Below are positions 1 through 11,878 of a stretch of 64,000 bases of DNA, one piece after another. Location of the stretch: the NCBI GenBank assembly GCA_016748015.1, contig JAAOMT010000570.1, positions 500,043 to 564,042 on the forward strand. Direction: 5' to 3'. Position numbers and translations under genes: made by a program. The notes under the pieces were generated by a model. The model saw only the letters and a program-made list of their open reading frames with translations, was not told the origin of the DNA and did no database searches. Numbering within the stretch: position 1 is the first letter of the stretch; the number at the start of each line of letters is the position of its first letter. This DNA is from Geosiphon pyriformis uo1 (Eukaryota; Fungi; Glomeromycota).

Positions 1-834
1 TGAGACGCCGTTTGAGAACCTTTTGGGGCTATCGACAGCAGTTCCTGATGAAGCCTTGCAAGAAAGTGAGAAACCAGCTGTTGAACAAACGTGGATCCTT
101 CAGGGCGATAAAAATTTAGAATTGCTTAGGAACCCAATGACTGATTCTAATCAACTCCATGAACTTCATCAAAAGTTAACAACCCATTTCATAGAGAAAA
201 TGATCCTTCGTGTGAAGACCTTTAACGATGATGGTTTTATGATAAATTTATCCAAAGCGCTTGTTCGCGTAAGGATTACTCTACGTCCAAGAGGAGTAGT
301 TAGTTCAAACGCAATAATATATAAGGCTGATAAAAAGTCGCTCAATTTTTGGGCTAACAAACAATTGAATAGTAAAAAGTCACAATACAACTATTCAGTG
401 GGATCCGAAGATGAATCAGCCGAAGTTAATAGGGTAACGTGATCCTTTTGCAAGTTATATTGTCGTATCGATGTCTTACGGTTATTTCAACTCTGCGTAT
501 TAGATTCCCCCAGCCTCTGATATAATTGGTTATATTACGACTGGCCAATACTCTTTCCATCAAGGGCATGGATTTGCTATTGGATGTTGTTCTCTCACGA
601 TGGTTCATAATCTTCTGCAATCTCACACTGTGTAAGTTGTTTGATTTTGGATTAAGAGTATGAGATTGATAAATTTTATAATTCGTATCTTATACTTTAC
701 ATTTTATTTTGAATAATTAAATATGGCTCGAACATAACAGAGATCGGGGAGCCAAGGGAAGCAACAATTTTGTTCTTGTGAGAAAAACCACTAGTTCTTG
801 CTGTAAGCTTGCTACCCTTGACCTTTTGACATAG
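1..834 (+). CDS. POP1: RNase P/MRP subunit POP1, C-terminal part (5' truncated by window); exons <1-433, 504-631, 741-834
   Basis: Splicing at GT..AG (434-503, 632-740) gives ...VRVRITLRPRGVVSSNAIIY...IPPASDIIGYITTGQYSFHQGHGFAIGCC...NFVLVRKTTSSCCKLATLDLLT*, matching the POP1 C-terminal IGY-TTG-YS---G-GFAIG and VLVR motifs; TAG at 832-834. Confidence 0.8.
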
Positions 835-855
835 AAGTTCCTATTTAAAATTTTC

Positions 856-2094
856 TCAGGTACCAGAGTCATATATTGCTTCATACAAATATATTATGGA
901 AAAAGCGATGAAAAGAACAGCTCCGCTAAGTGTGACTAGGTTTGTGAGAAAGTAATTTAATAAATAAGATTTGTACTCCAAAAAAAATATCCAAGATAAA
1001 AAATGCCCTTGCTCACCTGTTTTAAGTGAAATTTTCTGAGCTAGCATACGTCCACCTATCACTGCTAAACTAGTGCACATACTATGACCCAATATCGTTC
1101 CCAACATCACGAAGTAGACATCCTACAAAAATTGTATTTGATGACTGTAAATAACCAAGGGTACAACAAATAATCCAGTAGAATATTATGATCACCTGTG
1201 CAGCTGCTAAAGCTATCGTGGCAATTTGTGATCGATCACCCCATTCACCAAGAAAGGTGAGGACAAATGTTTGGACAAAAACGGGGGAAAACAGAAATTG
1301 ACATAAATTTGTTAATCCCTCAATTAAACCACCATCCTTTGTCTCATTTGTCATTCCACCAGCCTCGATCTCTTCCATGAGATGAACCTCTTTTCTTTCC
1401 TTTAATTCTGCAGTAACTTCCTCCAATTCCTGATTGGCTTCTTCCTCAGTCATATTACATCCTTCTGAAACCATTTTAATCCCAAAAAAAAGAAATAGAA
1501 CAGCTGCCATATAATTGGTATATATCTTCGGAATTAGATTTGGAACTACATGACCCAAAGTAGCAGAAAGCACCGACATAATTATTAAGGCACAGAACGC
1601 AGCAGAAAAAACTAATAGACGCGAATGTTGCATTGCCATAATTGCTGCAATCAAAAACGTTTTGTCTCCAATTTCGGAGACAATTATCATGAGGAAACTG
1701 AGGACAAAAGACCTTTGGTCTTCGGTGCTGAATTCTGGAAGAAATCCTTTATTAATGGACCCTTCAAAATTAAAATTAAGAACTGAGCCCCCTAATTCTG
1801 GATCTGAAGCTTCAACAATATTCCATTCTTTCTTCTTATCGAGGAAAGAATAAAAAGTTTTAATTTCCCCGAAGTATAACTTTAGAAATATAGAATGCTC
1901 AAGTCAGAAATCATCTTTCAGACCTGATCCTCAACGGTTCTAGTGATTTTATCTAGATTAAGCGGAATAAGTGCAGCAGAGTCCCCCAGGGATGCTACAC
2001 TGCTACTCAAAACACAAAAAGAGCCAGCAAGAAACAAAACTAACGAACAAGCACTAAGAGGGAGTTTGGAAAAAGTGTTGCGACGAAAAAGCAT
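856..2094 (-). CDS. GDT1: GDT1/TMEM165 (UPF0016) Golgi Ca2+/Mn2+/H+ antiporter, about 4 exons
   Basis: Both UPF0016 signatures EIGDKT and EWGDRSQ; acidic central loop; hydrophobic signal-like N-terminus from ATG 2094 (MLFRRNTFSKLPLSACSLVLFLAG); short GT-AG introns join ORFs 1918-2109, 1082-1690 and 856-1110. Confidence 0.92.
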
Positions 2095-2388
2095 TTTAGG
2101 TGATTTCACGGAAAAATTTATAATGGAATTCGAATTTAAGTTATTATGTGCTACTCATTATTCAGAGTGCCAGATGAACTAAAGGAATGTTGCTGGAGGT
2201 AAAAAAAGTAAAAAGTTTTGGCGTTTTTTAATATCCAGTTTGTGGAACATTTATGATTGAATTTCTCGGTCATCTGTGAGATAGACAATGCCACGTAGGC
2301 TATTAATCCTGTGCAACCGAGGATTTAAAATTAATAAAGCCACTTTCCCTCCAAACCTTGTACTTGACCAAATTTCAAATTTTTTAAT

Positions 2389-3488
2389 ATGGAAAAGGGT
2401 TCTTGTGTAGTTTGGTTAACCGCTCTCCTATTATCAAACTTACTTTTAGTTTTGTTACATACACCCCATACGGCGGCGTTATATTTCTACTTAGAAGGCA
2501 CAGAACAAAAATGTTTCATTGAAGAACTGCCCAAAGACACACTTGTCGTGGGTAAGCTGGCTACTTGAAACCGGTTCAAGGTTGTATAAACGCACAAAAT
2601 TATCCATCATCCTGCATCCAATCATTTTCTCTGCAGGTAATTATAAAGCAGAACAGTGGTCCGAGCCACAACAACAATACACCGAAAATCCACAACTTGG
2701 GATTCAAATTACAGTGGAGGTAGAGTAGAGTAAAGTAACTATTTTTTTTGGTATTTGGACTGATTAATTCTCAAAATGGTTAGAACTGATTTTGTAACCA
2801 ACTCATTTCTGAAATTCCCAATCAATTGATTAATAATATAAGGAACTACCCCAAAGTCATCGAATCGTGAATCAAAAGGGACCGAGTCATGGGCATTTTA
2901 CTTTTACGGCGTCAGATTCGGGAGATCATGCGATCTGTTTCGCTACCAACTCCACTACCTGGTTCACCTCCACCCAGACTGTAGGTTTTATTTGAATACC
3001 ATGATCGATATCAATGCGTTTCAATACCTAACTGATCCCGGTTACTTAGAAACTAACTTTAGATATGGCCATTGGTGAAACAACTAGTGAAGAGGAAAAT
3101 GATAAAGAACATTTTAGTGGTTAGTTATTAAATTTGCTCATTCATGATAATTCTTAAGAAATGATCTTTAATTTTTATTCCAATTAGAACTTGCACAACG
3201 TGTCCGAGATTTAAATAACAGAATTGCCGATATTCGAAGAGAACAGAGCTATCAACGCGTGAATATATTTTTTTATTCGTTATTACCATATGTTTTCCAG
3301 TTATTTATTATCTTCTGCCATATCAATATTAATAACAGGAACGTGAGGCTGAATTCCGAGATCAATCGGAATTGACTAACACTCGTGTGGTATATTGGAC
3401 GATTGTTCAATTGTTGATACTAGGGATTACTTGCTTATGGCAAATGAGGCATTTGAGAAGTTTTTTCGAGGCTAAAAAATTGGTTTAG
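2389..3488 (+). CDS. p24/EMP24-gp25L family cargo receptor, alpha subfamily (ERP1/TMED9-like), 6 exons
   Basis: Spliced translation: signal peptide, [27 protein letters not shown]..., [17 protein letters not shown] (GOLD domain), coiled coil [28 protein letters not shown] segment, tail [16 protein letters not shown] (FF + KKxx); TAG 3486-3488. Confidence 0.92.
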
Positions 3489-3697
3489 TGTTATGCAAAT
3501 CAACTTATTATTTATTTATTTTATTGGCAAGAAATATATTTTGGATGGAAAAGAGGTTCTCCCAAAGTCTTGTTTCAAAAAATGCTCGCGATTTTTCAAA
3601 GCTATAAATACATGAATGACGAATTAGGGTGTAAATCATTAAACTATTCCAGTAGGATCTTATTAAACCCAATTATAATATTAATTAACCCAAATTA

Positions 3698-5674
3698 TTA
3701 ATAAGCTTGAGGTTCTGAATTTTCCAGATAATTTTGACCATCAACATTGTGAAAATCTAAAATAGAAAAAAATTATAATTAGTCACATATTTTCACTTTT
3801 TTCTAATTTTATTAGGGCTTCTCACCTAAAATTTCTTGATACATCATCACTTTCCAGGTGTCAACTGGCAGATCAGCATCATTAAATGACCAGTCAAAAG
3901 CTTCATCAGCGATCGGCTCGTCTGTTTCATCGTGATAAGGCTCTAGATATTTGTGGGCTAGAGCTTGCTCAGCATTGATACGCTTCCGTGGATCGAAAAC
4001 TAGCATCCTCTCGAGCAAATCCAAAGCTTTCGAGGAAAAGAGATTTTAGATTTAAGTATGATGAAATTCGGTGATTAGGTCTTGTTACCTTCAGGTTCTG
4101 CATGAGGAAACTTCTTTGAAAATGGGACTTTATCGCGTTTTGGCAAAGATTGTACAAATCGAAGGGTCTACAAAAAGTAATATTGTCTTAAGATTTTGAA
4201 ATTTTTTATATCAAGTAAAAGAGTAAATAGTTATTACATTTTCACTACAGATGGTTTGAATTACATCGTCTGGAGGTGTTCCAAGTAATTCAGTGATAAT
4301 CGAAAACTGATTCACATCTGTTGAAAAGTCATCATATGAAGAGAAGATATCAATGAAATTCAGGGTATTTAAAAATAAGATATCTTACGATCTTTTCCAG
4401 GGAATAATGGTTTCCCTTCTAACATCTCCGCGAAAATGCATCCAGCACTCCAAATATCAACTACAAGAAAAAGAGCCGATAGATATCGCTTATTAGAAAA
4501 TAAATGAATGGATCTAGGTGATGTCACCTATACTTTAGAGATTTAAGATCGTGTATTTACCTGCGACATCATACTTTTGCCATGTAAGCATGATTTCTGG
4601 AGCCCGGTAATACCGTGTCGAAACATAACCAGTCATCTGAGGATCTTGAATACGGGCCAACCCAAAATCACATATCTAAAAGATAATATGGAAGCTCTGT
4701 TAATTATTAAAGCAGCAGAAGAGAAATCAACATGATGTTATATATTCCCCAAACCTTCAAATCACAGTTTTCGTTAACAAGAATATTGCTTGGTTTCTAT
4801 TTTAAAAACCATTTAATAACTTTCCCATTTAATATGATTTCATCTTGCTGATAATCTACTGGATTCCTTACCAGGTCTCTATGCACAACTCCGGCGGAAT
4901 GTACATATTTCAACCCTCTCTAAAAATTAATTAGAAATCTGTAACACAATTAACTTGGAACAATTATATTGGTTATCAAACTCACCAGAATTTGGTACAA
5001 GAAATATTGAATGAATTGCTTTTCCAGTGGACGAGAAGTTAACAGCCGATGTAAATCAGTGCCGAGCAGCTCTGTGACGAAATAACTTGAGAATTTCATA
5101 TAATTAAAAATTGGAATAACAAAAGGAGCCCGTATAACAACATTTGAAAATTGACTTACATGTCCTCCAATGGAGATATGAAAATATCGCTCAAGCTAAT
5201 AATCTGTGAAAATAGCCCACGAAATAATTAGATTGTTATAAATCAGATCAATACCATTCGAAATTAACCATTGGTGTTTGAATACAACATTTTCGTGTTT
5301 CAAGTGCTTCAACAATTTCAATTCACGATAAGTTCTTTTGGAAAGTACAGGGGTGCTAAATGGTTTCATAATTTTTTTGATTGCCACATTTGTTCCAGTC
5401 AATTGATCCTTGGCAGAGCTTGATTGAGTAATTGAAATCATTGTGAGTTTAATTTTATTGATAAATTTCCAGCAAAAACTCACCAAACTAAACCAAATGC
5501 TCCCATTCCTACTGGTTGAAGATCTACATATCTAAAGGTTCATTGACAAGTACACGGTCAAATCACAATTTCAACGAGTTATAAAGATAGAGTGGTTTTG
5601 TCAGCAACATTTTTTAACCTTGTGGTAACTTCGAAAACAGTGCCAAATATCGACAATTTTACAAATTCTGCCAT
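3698..5674 (-). CDS. HOG1: Stress-activated MAP kinase Hog1/p38, 13 exons
   Basis: Starts [20 protein letters not shown]; contains [68 protein letters not shown] (TGY activation loop), [20 protein letters not shown]; 12 GT-AG introns traced by eye; ends EPQAY*. Confidence 0.97.
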
Positions 5675-6249
5675 TTCTAAAACAATTTTTTAACCAGATT
5701 TGTAGGTTGATAACTAAAGAGATAATAAATATTGTTCAAATTGGGTAAATGGTGAAAAATTTTACTCAAAAAGTTCTTTCAAATGTGTAGTTTTAAATTA
5801 AAATTTCCCGAGTTCTCATGAGGTCATTTTCTTGATATACCCCTCCTATTTGGTTCAAAAGTTATTTTAATGACATCATGAATACGCGTCGGGGACGTGC
5901 AACGGTGTAACTTTGGTAACGATTTCAATGAAAGTGGGTAAATAGTATCACAAGAAGTTTTCCTTAATCTTGTAGGCATGTGATGTGAATTTGACCAATG
6001 AGAGGCCAAAAGTAATAATTATAAGTCTCTTAAAATGGTACATCATTTAGAAATCAGAATTTTTTTATTCGAGATAATAAAAGATTTTTTTTTAATTTTT
6101 CCTAATCTCACTTCTATAAATATTATTTAAAAATCAGGATTTGATTCTGTAAACTTAAAATCATTCAAAATTTAAAATGTTATTTTCGAATATATTTTTA
6201 AACATTAATGTTAGTGCTAAAACTTAAAATTAATTATAATAAAAACAAT

Positions 6250-6360
6250 TCGGGTGGCTGGTCACATGTAGAAAGTGCGTAAGTTGCTTTTAATTCAGAC
6301 TATTTATTGTTGTATTAGATAGCGATTGGGCCACACTTTGTTAAAGCATAATAAAAAACA
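6250..6360 (+). repeat. Orphan LINE 3' tail (extremely 5'-truncated copy or SINE-like)
   Basis: GGGTGGCTGGTCACATGTAGAAAGTGCGTAAG...TTTGTTAAAGCATAATAAAAA matches the 3' UTRs at 16581, 44882 and 57942; no recognisable ORF2 upstream. Confidence 0.7.
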
Positions 6361-8249
6361 AACAATAATTAACTTTTTTACTGTCAATAATTTTTAATTA
6401 AATTTTTTAATTTTAAAAATATTTGTTTTGAATTATTAATATTTGTAAATTTAAATTTTAAGCAAATATAATTTTAATACAATTAATTAATAAGTAAAAT
6501 TTAAATTTTTAACTAACTTGGGTCGCTAATTACATGCAGACAAAGCATAAACTACATTTATTATAAAATGTTTTAGTTTTATGAATATAAACAGTAGTAT
6601 TATAATATTTTTTAAAATTAATTGATTAAAATAAATAAATAATTTTATTTTAATTAATTTAAATAAATTTTGTTTTTATCAAGTTTATTTATTTTAAATT
6701 AATATATTGTTAAACTATTATATAATGTATTTTTTATTGCTTAAATAAATGTAGTTGTTTTATTATTTACTTATATAATACTATATATATGTTTGAAATA
6801 AATATAAATTACATATAATTAACTATTTAAATAATATATTTTGTAATAAAATTATATTAAATTTAAATATTGTTATTTTATTTTTGAGACTTTAGAATTT
6901 TGTTTAATTTTGCTTAATTTTTGTAAAATTTTTAATTAAAGAAATTTTATTTGCTATATAAAAATCAATTCTATTATATTTTAATTGTTGATTTTTGATT
7001 TATATTCTTTTTTTCAAATTTATATTCAAAAAAGTATAGTATTTATATTATTAAAAAAATATTATGTTTGAAGAGTATTAATTATGAATTTATTTATTAT
7101 TTATATAAATATAATATATATATATAATATATAAATAATAAAACCAATTTTAAATACACAATATCTATTTTAAAAAGTTTAATATAAATAAATATACAAC
7201 TATAAAATTTGAAATTAAATTCAAATAATTTTATATATAAATTAAATACTAATATAAATTTAAGATATTTAATATTAAAATTAATTTTATTATTTAAATT
7301 AATTTTTTACAAACATAATAAAAAGTTTGAATTATTTGGTTATTAATAATAGATTATACTTGAACTCAACAAAATTAAGTTTAAAATTAATATAATCATA
7401 AAAAATTAAATTAAAAAAAAATTGTTTTGAATAATATTTTAAATTATTAATAGAATTAATTTGTTTTTTTAAATTATATAGATAACAAATTTTTTAATAA
7501 TGTTATAATTTATATTAAATAAGATAAATTATTATTAGTATTATAAATAATTAGTTGCATTGTTATTTTGCAAATTAGTGTTTTTAATTTCAATTATAAC
7601 TTGAAAATTTTGGTTTATTTGAAGATATTTAGTGGTAAAGTTTTTTGTAAAATAAACAAAAATTTAGTATTTAATTTTTTTAACATGATAACTAATTTAT
7701 TCTAATGTTTTTTATTTTTTTAATAACGATTTTAGTTTTTTGATTATTTTTTATATTATTTTTTGTATTTTTACCAGACAATTTTTGATGTTGTAATTTA
7801 ATGTTTTTTTTAATTAATTATAAACAAAAAACAAAACTCAAAAAAATAAAAATAATAAAAATAATAAAAAAATGAAAATTAATATTTTATTAATAATTAT
7901 GATTAAAAATTATTGTTTTAGTATTATTAATAATATTATTAACATTAATAAAAAAATAATTGGATTTATTAAAATAAATATAAATTTATAAAAGTTAAAT
8001 ATAAATAATATAAATAATAAATTTATTTTGAATAAATGTTTTACTTTAAATACTAAATTATTAATTATTAAATTATTTAATAAAATTTTAACTTATTTGT
8101 TTTTTTTTGTTTTTATAATTATTATCTTTAGTAATTTTTACACTTTTTTTGAATTATTGCTGAAATTTTTGGTAATTTTGGAATTTTTAATATTTTTATT
8201 AATATTTTAAAAATTTTTGTTAATATTTTTAAAACTTTTGATATTATAT

Positions 8250-8900
8250 TGTTACAGGTTAGAGTAACAAGCTAACAAATAGCAAGAGAGAACAGGATTG
8301 TAAGGTGATAGAAATAATCAAAGGAGAATTCAACTTTAAAGAGTAAATTAAATGAGTATGGATTTAATGTGCGAGATCAGTCTCATAAAATATCTCAGTT
8401 GCTATTCTTTTCAAAGGTAACTGGGAAATCTGAAGATAGAAGGATAGTCTGTATTGTCAACAATTGATCACCACTGGTATAATTCTATGCCTCATGTCAG
8501 CACTCTTAGAATTCAATATCAGATATCAACTTGTGCTTTTCAGTTATATTTATTCAAATAATCTTTAAATACTTTATTTAATTGTTTCAGAAAAAGGCAA
8601 ATAAATACCAACAAGAGATTTTTTATCCAAAAGATGTTCAGATACTTGAAGGTAAGGAAAAGGAAATTAGCGATAAGAGAATGTTTGAAATAAAAGTTGT
8701 TTTATTATATTTCTTTGATTATTGGAACATATTTTTCTACAGCTAAGAGATTCATTGCTTATATAGCTATGAAAAGTGGTCAACAACCAGGTCAATGATC
8801 AGATCAATGATTACTATCTAAAAATAGATTGGCTAATTATATGACATCAGTAGCTAATACATGTGATAACTAATAAAAACTATGAGTTTCAATCATAACA
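8250..8900 (-). mobile_element. Solo LTR of Gypsy family A
   Basis: TGTTAC...TAACA termini, 4-bp TSD ATAT (8246-8249/8901-8904); reverse complement aligns to LTR 17091-17744. Confidence 0.9.
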
Positions 8901-9916
8901 ATATTATTGATTAATTATGTTTTATTTCATTTATTATTTCTTTTTTGTTTTATTTGATAAATAATATATTTTTTTTTTAATATTAAGATTTAATAAAATC
9001 TGTTAAATTTTTTTTATTATGATGTTAAAAAATTTTGTTTAAACTATAAATTGGTTATTTTTCTAGTTGGTTTGCTATTAATATTTTTATAATTGAATAA
9101 AATAATATTTTATTATATTTATAAAACATTAAATAAAATTAGTATATTACTTTTAAATAAGTTATTAACTGTTTTTTTTAATAAAATGTTTTATTTGTTG
9201 TATAATTGTTTTATTAAATATTTTTTTAAATTAATCAATATACCAAGTCTAAATATTCAATTATTGTTTTAAGTAATAGTAACAATATGCTATTAAAATT
9301 TGTTTTTTTTTAACTTTTTCAGTTATTTTTTATTAGTTTTTTAAATTAAACAATTTTTAATGAAATTTTAAAAGTTTTTTTCATATTTTAACAATTTTTT
9401 TTACATAATTTTCCAATTATATTTGTAATTTATTATATAAAATTATTCAAGTTATTTTTTTTTTAAGTATATTTATGGTAAAATTTTTAGCTATTAATTA
9501 TTATTTTTATGTTTAACTTTCTATTTTTTAGTATTTAAAATGTTTATTAAATAATTAAATAAATATTAGCTGTAATTTTTATTTTGTAATTATTTTGTTA
9601 TATTTTAATAATATTTATATACTTTTTTAGTTTATAATATACTAATTTTAATAATAATTGCTTTTAAATCTTATAAAATCTTATTTAATTTAATCAATAT
9701 TTTTTGTGTTTTTAATTATAATATATTAAATATTATTATTAATTTAATATAATATAGTTTTAGTTAATTATTATATATTACTTTAATTAATATTTTGTTT
9801 TTTAATCATAATTTATATGTTTTATTTTTAAGTGACGAGATTTTGTCAAAGAAAAAGTTTTCCTTACTCCTTATTCTCTTCATATTTTAACTATTTCTTC
9901 AGACATATTTTTATTC

Positions 9917-11878
9917 ATGAACATAGAACCAGTGAATCATGTTGCTGGTGGCTCTGGATCTACTTCTGCTGGTTTGAGGAACTGGCTTGATACAAAAAAG
10001 AAAAGGGTAAATAGTATATACTCTCACAGTACATCTTACAAAAAGCCTAGGAATCCTAAAGTTGGCATCAGTGTGATTGATTCATCTGCTGGTCTGTTGG
10101 GCCTGGCGAATATTGGTGATGTTGATGATAAGTTTTTGAAATCTTGGGACAGTAAAATAAAAAGCAAAGTGAGTAGCATAGATAGTCTGTTAGACTTAGA
10201 AAACATGAAGAATACTGTTGCTGAAGAAATTAGTTACCCTAACTTGGACATTTCTGTGATTGATGACATAAAGAACGATATCATGTTCAGGAAAATGTGC
10301 ACTTGCACATATGTGCTAGATCTATCTCCGAAAACTCCTTTGTTTGATGTTTTAAGTGGTAATGAAAATATGGTAGCTCTTCTGTCTCCTAAATTTAAAG
10401 ATTCCAATCAGCTGCCAAGTATCAAGTCACGTGTTTCAAATAAAAGAAACTTTGAACCAGTAAAATCTTTTACACTAGACATTGAGCTTTTAGCTCTTCC
10501 AGGGAAATCTGTTAGTAACAAATTGATTGCAATAAAAAAAATCTTTTATCGAGTTGATGGTTTTGGAGAGGTGTTGACTCTTTCAAAATTTCCAAGAATT
10601 GTCAGAGCTTCATTTACTTCTGAGTTTAGTATAAATAAGACAAAAAAATTGGCAATCTGTGAGAAAATTATTGTTAATAATGATTTAAGAAAGGTAAACA
10701 ACCATTCGAATCAGAAGGTAATCATCAAGGAGATTTCAGTCGATCTTTTTAGATCAGCAATTGAATCAGTTTTTGCTAAGTTTGGTAAGATTGTGTTGAT
10801 TAAGATGCAATTAATTGGTTTGTGACAGCAAGCTTTGGTCAAGTTTGAATTGTCAGAGGTGGCTAGTTCAGTTGCTTTTAAATAATCTGTTCTCATGGGA
10901 AAGGATTCTGTGCAAGTGGCATTGGCTATTAAAGATAAACAATTTTGGGTGTTTAGAGATCAGCATAAGACTTTGCTCTATACTTTGCCAGTTGGCATTA
11001 CTGCTTATAATTTGTCTGGTTTACTTGATTCATATGATGGGAAGACCTGTTTTATTGGTCACAATTCTAGCTTTTATGTTCATGACAAATGTGTTGTGAT
11101 TTGTTTCGCTGATGAAACATCCAAGTTGGCTGCAATTAGATCTGTTTCAGTTTTTAAGAGTACAAGTTTGTGATGGGCTGGTCTTTTTTTGGCTTGTTGT
11201 GCCAAATATAAACAATTTGGTTACATCTCTAATGTGTATTTGTCTGGTGAAATTTCTGGGATTCATGGAAAGCAAGTAGTAACTGATCAAGATCGGGTCT
11301 GTCTGGCTGGTATTTATAAGAAAAAGCAAGCTTCCATTGCACGTCTAATTTCTTTTGGTGGTAAAACTTGGGCTCAAGTAGCTGGTGGTTTCTCTTCTCA
11401 TGTTGTTCCTTTGGTTTCTTTTGATGCCACCTGATTTTTTGCTGCTGAGAATTTTCTATTCACTTCTGTTCTGCCTGGTATCTAAGACTTGTATGGTTAT
11501 TTGGCTTCTCTGGAACGCTTTCTAGAACTTTTGGCTGACCAGGTTTCTGGTATTTTGGTAAAATTGGGTTCCTTGGAATTGGTGCTCCTGGCAGCTGCAT
11601 CTGATGTTTCTCCTCCTAAGGTTTCTGTGACTGTGGCTCCTGGTTTGGATTCAGATATGGTTTTGGATGGTGAATTAACAGTTTCCATCTCTTCTCCTCT
11701 GGTTGTCAATAATACAGCTACCACCATAAGTCCAAGTAGTTCTAAGGTTTTGACTACCAAAGTTGGTGGTTTGGAATCCAAAATGGTGGCTTTAGAAGTT
11801 TTGGTTGAGTTTGTTTTGGAAAAACTGGACCATTTGTGCTCAGGTTTGGGTTTGTCAGCTGTCTTTACTTCTCAATAA
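9917..11878 (+). pseudogene. LINE ORF1 (RRM-like region, degenerate CCHC knuckle, coiled-coil C-terminus)
   Basis: Fragments 9917-10825, 10895-11173, 11189-11434, 11489-11878 broken by stops; CAKYKQFGYISNV corresponds to CAKCKQFGHISDVC in copy 2. Confidence 0.85.

Noticed and set aside
8028-8210. Hydrophobic 60-aa ORF (F/L/I-rich)
   Set aside because: Artefact of T-rich decayed DNA; TTG start and no coding signature.
6050-9830. Very AT-rich DNA as organelle insertion or centromere core
   Set aside because: No mitochondrial gene, tRNA or satellite periodicity is recognisable; TE decay explains it more simply, though a centromeric role cannot be excluded from sequence alone.
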